From positions 3,865,620-3,900,399 of the forward strand of contig CP070706.1 in NCBI GenBank assembly GCA_020350085.1: a stretch of 34,780 bases of DNA, in the 5' to 3' direction. This document shows, in pieces, positions 1 to 8,035 of this stretch (position 1 is its first letter; every line of letters begins with the position of its first letter). The stretch is from Acidobacteriota bacterium. GTDB taxonomy: Bacteria; Acidobacteriota; Polarisedimenticolia; J045. The notes under the pieces are model-generated. The model ran no database searches and was not told the DNA's origin. It was given only the letters and a program-made list of their open reading frames with translations. Position numbers and translations under genes: made by a program.

Positions 1-42
1 CTCTGCCGCCCGTGAGGAGCGCACGATTCCGACCAGGAGTCC

Positions 43-1452
43 ATGGTGAAAAGCGTTCACTCAACCGATCAGCTCGACGCGATTCGTCCACGCGGCGAGC
101 GGGACGCACGGCCGGCTCCAGCCCGGCTCGCGCGGCGAGCCCAGCGGGGCGGTCTGCGGTCTACGCCGGGGTTCGTCTTGTCGCTGGCGCTGGCCGCCGT
201 GCTCGCCGGAGCGGCGCAGGCCCAGCAGGACGAGCTGACGGGCACGTTGCGAGCCACAGGCGCGCGGCGTGTGGCCCTCGCCGTGCCCCCCACAGAGGCC
301 GGAACCGGTGCGGGTCTCACGGGGGCTGCCGAGGTCTTCCGCGTGCTGCGCGACGACCTCGAGTTTTCCGGCTGGTTCGGCCTGCTCGACCCCCGCGGCG
401 AGGGACGCATCGCGGCGGGCCGGCTGGCCGACGCTCGCGCCTGGCGCGAGGTCGGCGCCGCGTATCTGGCCACCTCGCGGCTCGAATCACTCGGCGATCG
501 GGGCCGCTTTACGGTTCGACTGGTGGAAACCTCCGCCGGTGAAGAGCTGTTGCACAAGACATGGGGCGGCGCTCTTCCCGGTGACCTGCGAAGGTTGGCG
601 CACGTCGCGGGCGACGCCATCGTCGAGGCACTGACCGGTCGGCCCGGCATCGCTCAAACCAGGCTGTCTTTCGTCTCCGTGCATGGTGAGGGCAAGGAGG
701 TCTACTTGATGGACTACGACGGCGCGCGAGTGCGCCGTCTGACTTCCACCGGGACGATCAACCTCTCGCCGTCGTGGTCGCCCGACGGCCGGCGACTGAC
801 CTTCCTTTCGTATCTCGACCGAAAGCCGTCGATCTATCTGCTCGACGAGGACGGCACGGTGACGACTCTGCATCCAAAAGGCGGTGATCTGAACGCCGCG
901 CCCGATTTCGCCCCCGACGGCCAGTCGCTCGTCTTCTCTTCCGACAGAGACGGCAACACGGAGCTCTACCTCTACGAACTGGCCACCGGACGCGAGACGC
1001 GTTTGACGCGCCATCCAGCGATCGACATCGCAGCCTGCTGGGCGCCGGACGGGCGTCGGATCGCTTTCACTTCGGATCGTTCGGGATCGCCGCAGATCTA
1101 CGTCATGAGCCGCGACGGGTCAGAAACGACGCGCTTGAGTTGGCAGGGCGGCTACAACGAGTCCGCCGCGTGGTCACCCGATGGGACTCGCATCGCCTTC
1201 GTCAGCCGCATCGCGGGCCGCTTCGAGATCGTGCTTCACGAGCTCGCCACGGGGCGCGAGACCATCATCACCAGCGGTCCCGGCAACAAGGAAAACCCTC
1301 GTTGGGCACCCGACGGGCGCCACCTGGTGTTTTCCGGCAATCGAGACGGCGAGTACGCGATCTACACGATTCGCGACGACGGGACCGACGTGAGGCGCTT
1401 GACGCGCGGCGCACCGGCGGAAACGCCCGACTGGAGCCCGCCGCGGTCTTGA
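43..1452 (+). CDS. tolB: Tol-Pal system beta-propeller protein TolB
   Basis: Signal-peptide-like stretch GFVLSLALAAVLAGAAQAQQ. It is followed by a TolB N-terminal domain and repeated beta-propeller blades with WSPDG/FAPDG/WAPDG motifs (SPSWSPDGRRLTF, APDFAPDGQSLVF, AACWAPDGRRIAF, SAAWSPDGTRIAF, NPRWAPDGRHLVF). pal and cpoB lie directly downstream. The true start may be downstream of 43, because about 40 residues precede the signal peptide. Confidence 0.9.
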   Translation: MVKSVHSTDQLDAIRPRGERDARPAPARLARRAQRGGLRSTPGFVLSLALAAVLAGAAQAQQDELTGTLRATGARRVALAVPPTEAGTGAGLTGAAEVFRVLRDDLEFSGWFGLLDPRGEGRIAAGRLADARAWREVGAAYLATSRLESLGDRGRFTVRLVETSAGEELLHKTWGGALPGDLRRLAHVAGDAIVEALTGRPGIAQTRLSFVSVHGEGKEVYLMDYDGARVRRLTSTGTINLSPSWSPDGRRLTFLSYLDRKPSIYLLDEDGTVTTLHPKGGDLNAAPDFAPDGQSLVFSSDRDGNTELYLYELATGRETRLTRHPAIDIAACWAPDGRRIAFTSDRSGSPQIYVMSRDGSETTRLSWQGGYNESAAWSPDGTRIAFVSRIAGRFEIVLHELATGRETIITSGPGNKENPRWAPDGRHLVFSGNRDGEYAIYTIRDDGTDVRRLTRGAPAETPDWSPPRS

Positions 1453-1600
1453 TCTGGACTGCGTGGGTGGCGGCTCACGTCGCAGACGAGCGCGGGATCC
1501 GCGGTATACTCCGCCTCCTTGCCGACTGCGGGTGCCAAGGGTCAAGGTCGAGGGTTGCCGTTGCCGTCGATCGGTGCACCCGCTCAGGAGATGTTCGAAG

Positions 1601-2206
1601 ATGCGACATGCTGGCGTCATGCTATTAATCGCTGGAGTGTTCTTCGCGTTCGCGTCGGGCCTTGCGGGTTGTGGCAGCCGGAGCGGTCCAGGTCTCGATA
1701 CGGGGCCGGGGCCGGCCACGACGCCCGCGACTCCGGACACCGATCCGCGCGATGCCATGGATAGCGGCGCGGATACGGCCGAGCTCGGAGCCGAAGGCTT
1801 CGGCGAAGGCGAGCTGATTTCAGAGGAACTCGGCTCCGGCCTCGTCGAGCAACCACGCGCAACCGAGCGGGGGCCGCTGCGTACGATCTACTTCAGTTTC
1901 GACTCGAGTGAGCTGGACGACGTGGCATTGCGCACGCTCGAGGAGAATGCGCGCTGGCTGCGCCAGCATCCCGACAACTCGGCGGTGGTGGAAGGCCACT
2001 GCGACGAGCGGGGCACGATCGAGTACAACCTCGGACTCGGCGCGAGGCGCGCTCGCTCCGTGCGCGATCACCTCGTGCGTCTCGGCATCGACTCCGGGCG
2101 GCTACGAACGATCTCCTATGGTGAGGAACGACCCGCCGATCCGGGACACGACGAGATGGCGTGGTCGAAGAACAGACGGGTCGAGTTCCAGGTCCTCGAG
2201 CCATGA
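1601..2206 (+). CDS. pal: Peptidoglycan-associated lipoprotein Pal (OmpA-family C-terminal domain)
   Basis: ATG at 1601 is preceded by CAGGAG (1585-1590). Lipoprotein signal MRHAGVMLLIAGVFFAFASGLAGC has lipobox LAGC. The C-terminal OmpA-like domain reads IYFSFDSSEL...NARWLRQHPDNSAVVEGHCDERGTIEYNLGLGARRARSVRDHLVRLGI...ISYGEERP. I rejected the 5' extension of the track ORF (from 1463) because it is R/P-rich. Confidence 0.9.
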   Translation: MRHAGVMLLIAGVFFAFASGLAGCGSRSGPGLDTGPGPATTPATPDTDPRDAMDSGADTAELGAEGFGEGELISEELGSGLVEQPRATERGPLRTIYFSFDSSELDDVALRTLEENARWLRQHPDNSAVVEGHCDERGTIEYNLGLGARRARSVRDHLVRLGIDSGRLRTISYGEERPADPGHDEMAWSKNRRVEFQVLEP

Positions 2207-3060
2207 CGAAGTCTTCGGTCCCAGCTGTCTCCACGCTGATGGCGATTGTGGCGCTCATGGGAGCATCGTGTCTGTCTGGCTGCGCGACGCCGGTTCAAGG
2301 CCGGTCGGTCGCGACGACGGATGCGGCCGAGATTCGCGATCAGCTGTTCAAGCTGCAGAAGGACTCCGCGCGGCTGATCGAATCGATCGAGCGCATCGAG
2401 CAGCGTGGAGGAAACGCCATGTCCTCCAACGCGTGCGCCGAGGCCGTCACCAAGATCGAATCGGTCGAGCGGCGCGTTCTCGTGCTTGAAGAGCAGCTTC
2501 TCGCCGCCCACCAACGACTCGACCAGACGCTCGCGGAGCTGCGCGCGATCCGGATTTCCGGCGGGTTGGCATGGTCCGGGACCGGGTCATCGACCTGGGA
2601 CGAAGGGACCGGAACCCCCGAGCTCCCCCCGGCCCAGCCCCCGGCGGGACAGGAGCGTCCTGACGCTGGGGACCTGTCGGCCTCGGAGATGTTCAACGCC
2701 GCCTATGCCGACTACTCGCGCGGAAAGTTCGACTTGGCGCTGGCGGGATTCGAGGCGGCGCTTCGTCAAGACGCCGGCGGCCCGCTGGCCGACGACGCCC
2801 AGTTCTGGGTCGGCGAGACGCTGTTCGCGATGGGCCGCTACGAGCAGGCTGCGGAGGCTTTCGAACGGGTGATCAGCGATTACGGCGTGCCGGAAAAGAT
2901 GCCCGCGGCACATCTGAAGAAGGGCCTGGCGCTGTTCGAGGCGCGGGACACCGCCGCCGGCGTCCAGGAGCTGCAGTACGTGATCCGGACCTGGCCGGCC
3001 TCCGATGAGGCCCGCATCGCCCGCGAGTACTTCAAGCGCAAGGGGATCGTGGCGGAGTGA
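2203..3060 (+). CDS. cpoB: Tol-Pal system protein CpoB/YbgF (coiled-coil plus TPR), predicted lipoprotein
   Basis: ATG at 2203 overlaps the pal stop (ATGA, 2203-2206). The signal has lipobox LSGC. An N-terminal coiled-coil-like segment (IRDQLFKLQKDSARLIESIERIEQ...) is followed by a C-terminal TPR region (MFNAAYADYSRGKFDLALAGFEAAL...FWVGETLFAMGRYEQAAEAFERVI...). It sits in the canonical position after pal. Confidence 0.85.
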   Translation: MTKSSVPAVSTLMAIVALMGASCLSGCATPVQGRSVATTDAAEIRDQLFKLQKDSARLIESIERIEQRGGNAMSSNACAEAVTKIESVERRVLVLEEQLLAAHQRLDQTLAELRAIRISGGLAWSGTGSSTWDEGTGTPELPPAQPPAGQERPDAGDLSASEMFNAAYADYSRGKFDLALAGFEAALRQDAGGPLADDAQFWVGETLFAMGRYEQAAEAFERVISDYGVPEKMPAAHLKKGLALFEARDTAAGVQELQYVIRTWPASDEARIAREYFKRKGIVAE

Positions 3061-3070
3061 CGCACCCGTT

Positions 3071-3099
3071 GGGCCTGCGGGCCCCGTTCGGGCCCGAAC
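3071..3099 (+). terminator. GC-rich hairpin/palindrome cluster downstream of cpoB (possible intrinsic terminator, no U-tract)
   Basis: GGGCC-TGCG-GGCCC is followed by the perfect 14-bp palindrome GTTCGGGCCCGAAC (3086-3099), starting 11 nt after the cpoB stop. No T-run follows, so terminator function is uncertain. Confidence 0.3.
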
Positions 3100-3115
3100 T
3101 AGCGGCGCGTGCAGC

Positions 3116-3144
3116 TTGACAGGCGGCGCCCCGCCGCCCAGAAT
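3116..3144 (+). promoter_or_regulatory. Sigma70-like promoter candidate for rpsT
   Basis: TTGACA (3116-3121), a 17-nt GC-rich spacer, then CAGAAT (3139-3144). It lies about 80 nt upstream of the rpsT ATG. Confidence 0.35.
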
Positions 3145-3222
3145 GCGTGGCTTCGTGGGTCGAAGCCGCCTGGGGAAAACCGAGGGGCGCTCGGCCCCCT
3201 TCATCTCGAGAGGCTGGAGACG

Positions 3223-3495
3223 ATGGCCAACCACAAGTCGGCCGCGAAGCAGGCGCGGCGCAACGAAGTCCGCCGCCAGCGCAACCGCGGCTGGCGCTCG
3301 CGAATGCGCACCGAGGTCAAAAAGCTCCGCAGCGCGCTCGAGGCGGGCGACGTCGACGCGGCACGCGCGATGCTGCGAGGAACGCTGGGCCTGATCGATC
3401 GTACGGCCCGCGCGGGCGTGCTTCACGACAATACCGCCGCGCGTTACAAGTCCCGACTCCAGCGCGCCTTCGACCAGCGCGCCGCCCAGGCCTGA
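3223..3495 (+). CDS. rpsT: 30S ribosomal protein S20
   Basis: MANHKSAAKQARRNEVRRQRNRGWRSRMRTEVKK...LIDRTARAGVLHDNTAARYKSRL is a typical S20 sequence of typical length (90 aa). GGAGA lies 5-9 nt upstream of the ATG at 3223. I rejected the track ORF start at 3109. Confidence 0.95.
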   Translation: MANHKSAAKQARRNEVRRQRNRGWRSRMRTEVKKLRSALEAGDVDAARAMLRGTLGLIDRTARAGVLHDNTAARYKSRLQRAFDQRAAQA

Positions 3496-3605
3496 CGCTC
3501 GCTGGGACCGGGCAGCCCCGCCTGGATGAACGACGGTTTCTCTCTCTACAACCCCCTCTCTTCTCCCTTGGCTTAACCCCGCTTATCCCCCCGTTCATCC
3601 CCCGT

Positions 3606-5045
3606 TCATCCCTTGATGACGGCGATCGGGCGAAGCCTCGCCAACCGCGCCGCGAGCCCGGCCCCATCGACCGCCCGAACGACGTCCGCGACGTCCTTGT
3701 AAGCTTCGGGGATCTCCTCGAGCACCGTGGCCATCCCGGCGGCACGCACGGTGATGCCCTGATCTGCAAGCTCGCGCACGACGGGTCGGCCGCGGGCCGA
3801 CTTCTTCGCCGCGGTCCGCGACAGCCTGCGGCCCGCTCCATGACACGTCGAGCCGAACGCTTCTTCCGAGCCTTGTCGCCCGAGTAGCACGAAGGAATAG
3901 CGACCCATGTCACCCGGGATCAGAACCGGCTGGCCCAGGTCGCGAAGGCCTGGAGACAGACTCGGGTGACCCGGGCCGAAGGCCCGAGTCGCCCCCTTGC
4001 GGTGAACGCACAGCTTGCGACGTACCCCGTCGACCTCGTGTGTCTCGATCTTGGCGATGTTGTGGCACACGTCGTAGACGGTGCGCAGTCGGTGCTCGCG
4101 CGGCGCGAGCCCGAGATCGAGCTCCAGCGCTTCGCGCACGTGATGAGCCATCATCGCGCGGTTGACGAAGGCGTAGTTGGCCGCCGCAGCCATGGCGCCG
4201 AGATAACGCCGGCCTTCGTCCGAGCCGATCGGTGCGCAGCACAGCTGGCGATCTGGAAGCTCGATGCCGTAGCGGGCCGAAGCCTTGAGCATCTCACGCA
4301 ACCAGTCGTCGCAGACCTGATAGCCGAGGCCGCGCGATCCGGAATGAATCGACACCGTGACCACTCCGCGCTCGAGACCGAGTCGCGACGCCGGCTCCGG
4401 CTGATAGACCTGCTCGACGTATTGCACTTCGATGAAGTGGTTGCCCGAGCCGACGGTCCCGACCTGCTTCCGGCCGCGCTCGAGGGCGCGCTCGGAGACC
4501 TGCGACGGATCGGCCGAACTCAGACAACCCCTCTCCTCGATCTGATCGAGATCGCGCGACTCCGCGACCCCGCGCTGGACGGCCCAGCCGGCTCCCTTTC
4601 GCATCAGATCCATCAGCTCGTTGCGGCTCAGCTTGGGAGCGCTGCTCGTGCCGCCGACACCGGCGGGAATGCGCCGAAAAAGCGCGTCGGCGAACGCGCG
4701 CACGCGGTCGACCAGCTGCTCGCGCCGCAGCGACGTTACCAGCAGGCGCACGCCGCAGTTGATGTCGTATCCAACACCGCCCGGCGAGACGACGCCGTCG
4801 TCGAGGTCGAACGCGGCGACGCCTCCGATCGGGAACCCGTATCCCCAATGAATGTCGGGCATGGCCAGCGAGTGCTTGACGATGCCGGGCAAGTGAGCCA
4901 CGTTGGCGACCTGATCGAGACACTTGTCCTGCCGAATGTCATCGATCAGCATGTCGTCCGCGTAGATCATTCCATCGACGCGCATGCCGCCGCGGCGCGG
5001 GATGCGCCAACGATAGGGATCGATTTTTTCGAGTGGAATCGTCAT
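3606..5045 (-). CDS. rtcB: RNA-splicing ligase RtcB (3'-phosphate/5'-hydroxyl RNA ligase)
   Basis: RtcB hallmarks are present: MPDIHWGYGFPIGGV, GGVGYDINCGVRL, GSGNHFIEVQ, HSGSRGLG, CHNIAKIE, HRKGATRA, IPGDMG, STCHGAGR. I prefer the start at MTIPLEKIDPYRWRIP (ATG 5045, GGAG upstream) to the maximal ORF start at 5138. Confidence 0.93.
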   Translation of the reverse strand: MTIPLEKIDPYRWRIPRRGGMRVDGMIYADDMLIDDIRQDKCLDQVANVAHLPGIVKHSLAMPDIHWGYGFPIGGVAAFDLDDGVVSPGGVGYDINCGVRLLVTSLRREQLVDRVRAFADALFRRIPAGVGGTSSAPKLSRNELMDLMRKGAGWAVQRGVAESRDLDQIEERGCLSSADPSQVSERALERGRKQVGTVGSGNHFIEVQYVEQVYQPEPASRLGLERGVVTVSIHSGSRGLGYQVCDDWLREMLKASARYGIELPDRQLCCAPIGSDEGRRYLGAMAAAANYAFVNRAMMAHHVREALELDLGLAPREHRLRTVYDVCHNIAKIETHEVDGVRRKLCVHRKGATRAFGPGHPSLSPGLRDLGQPVLIPGDMGRYSFVLLGRQGSEEAFGSTCHGAGRRLSRTAAKKSARGRPVVRELADQGITVRAAGMATVLEEIPEAYKDVADVVRAVDGAGLAARLARLRPIAVIKG

Positions 5046-5170
5046 CGTCTTCTGCTCCGAGTCGTCCGCCCCGATCGATAAACAGCAGCGCTTCAGCTCC
5101 CATGGTGCCACGCGCGCCTCGCCCTCGACCAAAGTCATGGAAACGGCATCACATGCTCGGCAGCGGGACT

Positions 5171-5632
5171 TCAGACGTCGAACACCACTCTGGCCACGAA
5201 CCCATCCTCCTGCTCACCAACGAAAAGGTGGTGATAAGTCACGGCTTTCAGCTCGGCCTTGAAGCCGTGGCGTTCGAGGTCGAGCGGCTCTCCCCAGACG
5301 CGTCCGATCAGCTTCAGCCCGCCAGCCACGGTACCGACGATGCCCTCCACGGGCCCGATGGCGACGTCGAATGCCCCGTAGACCAGCCCAGCGGCCATCG
5401 CGCGACTGAGCAACTCCCCCAGCCATGCCACGAGCAGCGTCTCCTCATCGTTGGCCTCGACACGGACGAGCTCGGGCGGATCACTGACGCGGATCGCGTC
5501 GACATCGACGATCTGATCGAACATCGCCGAGGCCATGAACTCGAACACCTTCTCGAGTCGAGTCGACCGCACGACGATGCCCGTGTCCGCCGTGTGCTCG
5601 ACCAACTCGTAGGCTACCTTTCCACGCGTCAT
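5171..5632 (-). CDS. Archease (RtcB cofactor/activator family)
   Basis: Archease signatures: YELVEHTADTGIVVRS near the N-terminus and LKAVTYHHLFV near the C-terminus, at a typical size of 153 aa. The start codon overlaps the rnr stop (ATGA at 5629-5632). rtcB lies directly downstream. Confidence 0.85.
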   Translation of the reverse strand: MTRGKVAYELVEHTADTGIVVRSTRLEKVFEFMASAMFDQIVDVDAIRVSDPPELVRVEANDEETLLVAWLGELLSRAMAAGLVYGAFDVAIGPVEGIVGTVAGGLKLIGRVWGEPLDLERHGFKAELKAVTYHHLFVGEQEDGFVARVVFDV

Positions 5633-7890
5633 CGGCGCCGCCTCGGCCGTATGGCCTTTCGTCGTCCACGCCCGCTCCGTCGCTTCGGGCCGGCGGATGG
5701 CGGTCGCTGGCGCCGGCTCCGTCGTCCGCGATCTTCGGCGTTTTCGTCACCGACGAGAGTAAAGTCCACGAAGTGGCGCAGCAGATCGACTCGGTCGACG
5801 CGGACGCGTACTTCCTGACCGAGCCGGAAAGTGGCTCCTGACTTCGAACCGGTCATCTTGCGCCGCTTCGCATCGTAGCGGAAATACTCCTCGCCCAGCC
5901 GGCGAACCGGAATCAGGCCCTCCACGTAAGGTTCGTCGAGCAACACGACCAGGCCGTGAGGAGCGATCTCGACGATCCTCCCCGCATACTCCTCTCCCAG
6001 TCGCTGACTCATGAAAGTGGCGGTCTTCCAGCTCAGCGCCTCACGCTCTGCCGCCTCTGCGTCGCGCTCGAGCCGCGAGCACTCACGCGCCATCTCGGGC
6101 ATTCGCGCGGCGCGATCTTCGGCGCTACCCGGCAGCTCGCGGTGACCGGCGCGCAGCCTGCGCAGTGCGCGATGCACGACAAGATCGGGATAGCGCCGAA
6201 TGGGTGACGTGAAGTGCAAGTAACGCGGCAGTGCGAGGGCGTAGTGCCCCAGGCACTCGGGATCATAACGGGCCAGTGACATCGTGCGCAGTACGAGCCG
6301 GACAACGCACGGCTCCTCCGGCCGCCCGGCCACGAGGCGCAGCAGATGAGCGAAATCTTCAGGGGCCAGGGCTTGATAGGGCTCGGGAACCCGGTAGCCC
6401 AGACCTTGGAGCATCTCCGCCAGCCGAGCAACCCTATCGACGTCCGGTCGCTCGTGCGCCCGATACAGGCAGGCCGCGCGAGCTTGAACGAGTTCGGTCG
6501 CGACCGCGGCGTTGGCCGCGATCATGAACTCCTCGATCATGCGGTGTGCGGCATTGCGCTGGCGGGCGACGATCTGCTGCGTCTCGCCCGTGAGCGCCAG
6601 CAGAACCTCCGGTTCCGGCAGGTCGAAGTCGATGGCCCCTCGAGAATGACGCCGCTCGGCCAGCTTGCTTGCCAGCTCGTGCGCCGTGTCGAGCATCGGT
6701 ACGAGGAATCGGCGGCGCTGGCGCGCGGATCGGTCGCGCTGCTCGACGACGGCGGCCACCTCGGTGTACGTCAGACGTGCGCGAGACCGGATCAGACCGT
6801 CGTGGCAACGCCAATAAGTCAGCCGGCCCTCGTCGTCGAACTCGAGCGAGACGCCCTGCGTCAACCGCAGCTGGCGCGGCCGAAGCGAGCACAGGTCGTT
6901 GCTCAACCGCTCGGGAAGCATCGGGACGGCGCGGCCCGGAAAGTAGACGCTCGTCGCCCGGCGCGCCGCTTCCTCGTCGATCGCCGACTCCTCGCGCACG
7001 AAGAACGCCACATCGGCAATGTGCACGTGCAGCCGGTAGCCTCCGTCCTCGAGGCGCTGGACCGAGATCGCGTCGTCGAAGTCTTTCGCGGTCTCGCCGT
7101 CGATGGTCACGACCGTGTCGTTCGTGAAATCCTCGCGTGAGGACAGCGGCCAGCCCGCCGGCGAGCCAGGAAGGGCATCGACCTCTTCGACGACGGCTTC
7201 GGGGAACGTCGGCGAGAGGTCGTACTTGCGGATCAAGACCTCGACTTCGACACCGGGCTCGTCGAGCCAGCCCAGCCTCTCGACGATGCTGCCCCGCAAC
7301 GGCGCACCAGAGCGGCTGGCCGGCAGCGGCCCGAGCTCGACCCGTACGACCTCCCCAGCTCGAGCGCCAGCGCGTCCCTCACGCGGTACCTTGATCTCGA
7401 TCCCGAACCCCTCGTCGAGCGGCTCGACGCGCCCGCCACCGCTCGAGCTCGGATGAAAAAGCCCGGTGATGCGATCGCTTCTGCGATCGACGATGCGAAC
7501 GATGCGCCCCTCGCGCCGGCCGTCCGGCTGCACGTCGACCACGCGGGTGGCGACGATGTCCCCGTGCAGCGCGCCGCCCGCCGCACCCGGCGGAATGAAC
7601 ACGTCGCTCTGAAGCGGATCGTCCGGCACGACGAAGCCGAAGCCTTGACGATGACGGCTGAAGCGACCCACGGCATCGCCCATCAGCCGCGTGGGCGCGA
7701 AGCCGCGCCCACGCACCGCGACGAGCCGTTGTTGATCCACGAGCTCGCGCAGCCAGCGCCGCAGCGCCGGACGGCCGCTGGCGCGCACGCCGAGGGCCTC
7801 CGCTATCTGGCGGGCGGTCATCACGGACGGCATCGACGGATCGGCAAACAGCCGCTCGATCTGCGCGTAGCTGGGAAGCTCTCGTGGCAA
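5629..7890 (-). CDS. rnr: Ribonuclease R (RNB-family 3'-5' exoribonuclease) with basic C-terminal tail
   Basis: N-terminal HTH-like segment (ARQIAEALGV...LRELVDQQRLV), cold-shock-like domain (GFGFVVPDD), RNB motifs (DGETAKDFDDAISV, YFPGRAVPMLPERLSNDLCSL, HFTSPIRRYPDLVVHR), S1 domain (GRIVEIAPHGLVVLLDEPYVEGLIPV) and an Arg/Lys-rich tail. Candidate starts are TTG at 7890 (keeps the conserved LPSYAQIERLF helix) or ATG at 7833. The maximal ORF to 8337 is a low-complexity extension overlapping the divergent neighbour, and I rejected it. Confidence 0.9.
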   Translation of the reverse strand: MPRELPSYAQIERLFADPSMPSVMTARQIAEALGVRASGRPALRRWLRELVDQQRLVAVRGRGFAPTRLMGDAVGRFSRHRQGFGFVVPDDPLQSDVFIPPGAAGGALHGDIVATRVVDVQPDGRREGRIVRIVDRRSDRITGLFHPSSSGGGRVEPLDEGFGIEIKVPREGRAGARAGEVVRVELGPLPASRSGAPLRGSIVERLGWLDEPGVEVEVLIRKYDLSPTFPEAVVEEVDALPGSPAGWPLSSREDFTNDTVVTIDGETAKDFDDAISVQRLEDGGYRLHVHIADVAFFVREESAIDEEAARRATSVYFPGRAVPMLPERLSNDLCSLRPRQLRLTQGVSLEFDDEGRLTYWRCHDGLIRSRARLTYTEVAAVVEQRDRSARQRRRFLVPMLDTAHELASKLAERRHSRGAIDFDLPEPEVLLALTGETQQIVARQRNAAHRMIEEFMIAANAAVATELVQARAACLYRAHERPDVDRVARLAEMLQGLGYRVPEPYQALAPEDFAHLLRLVAGRPEEPCVVRLVLRTMSLARYDPECLGHYALALPRYLHFTSPIRRYPDLVVHRALRRLRAGHRELPGSAEDRAARMPEMARECSRLERDAEAAEREALSWKTATFMSQRLGEEYAGRIVEIAPHGLVVLLDEPYVEGLIPVRRLGEEYFRYDAKRRKMTGSKSGATFRLGQEVRVRVDRVDLLRHFVDFTLVGDENAEDRGRRSRRQRPPSAGPKRRSGRGRRKAIRPRRRR

Positions 7891-8035
7891 TCGATTCGCG
7901 TTCTGAGACCTAGGAGCCTTCCACCGCCTCGTCGGCTCGACGCACGGTCTCGAGGAATACTCAGGGCTCGTACCGCAGTATTCTGGCACTTCTTCCCACC
8001 TCAGGGCAGCGGCCCCGCCGACACCCGGAGCTGTG

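Noticed and set aside
12-650. ORFs 12..542 (+), 69..650 (-) and 269..634 (+) overlapping the 5' part of tolB
   Set aside because: They are extremely Arg/Pro/Ala/Ser-rich with no recognisable domains. They lie in alternative or antisense frames of a well-supported tolB, and are typical high-GC shadow ORFs.
3586-3610. Short tandem repeat CCCGTTCATCC x2, considered as a possible CRISPR or mobile-element end
   Set aside because: There are only two ~11-nt units with no spacers and no cas or transposase genes anywhere in the window. I retained it only as part of the G/C-rich repeat finding.
3147-3913. ORFs 3147..3887 (+, 246 aa) and 3317..3913 (-, 198 aa) spanning rpsT, the intergenic repeat and the rtcB 3' end
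   Set aside because: They have R/P/G-rich low-complexity translations. They overlap S20 and RtcB, both of which have unmistakable homology in other frames.
5046-5138. N-terminal extension of rtcB to 5138 (MTLVEGEARVAPWELKRCCLSIGADDSEQKT)
   Set aside because: RtcB homologs begin near the M..PLEKID..WRIP segment. The ATG at 5045 has a GGAG upstream, and the extension has no counterpart in the family.
3966-5818. Long plus-strand ORFs 3966..5081 (371 aa) and 5033..5818 (261 aa), antisense to rtcB/archease/rnr
   Set aside because: These are antisense shadows with no motifs. The opposite-strand genes carry complete catalytic signatures.
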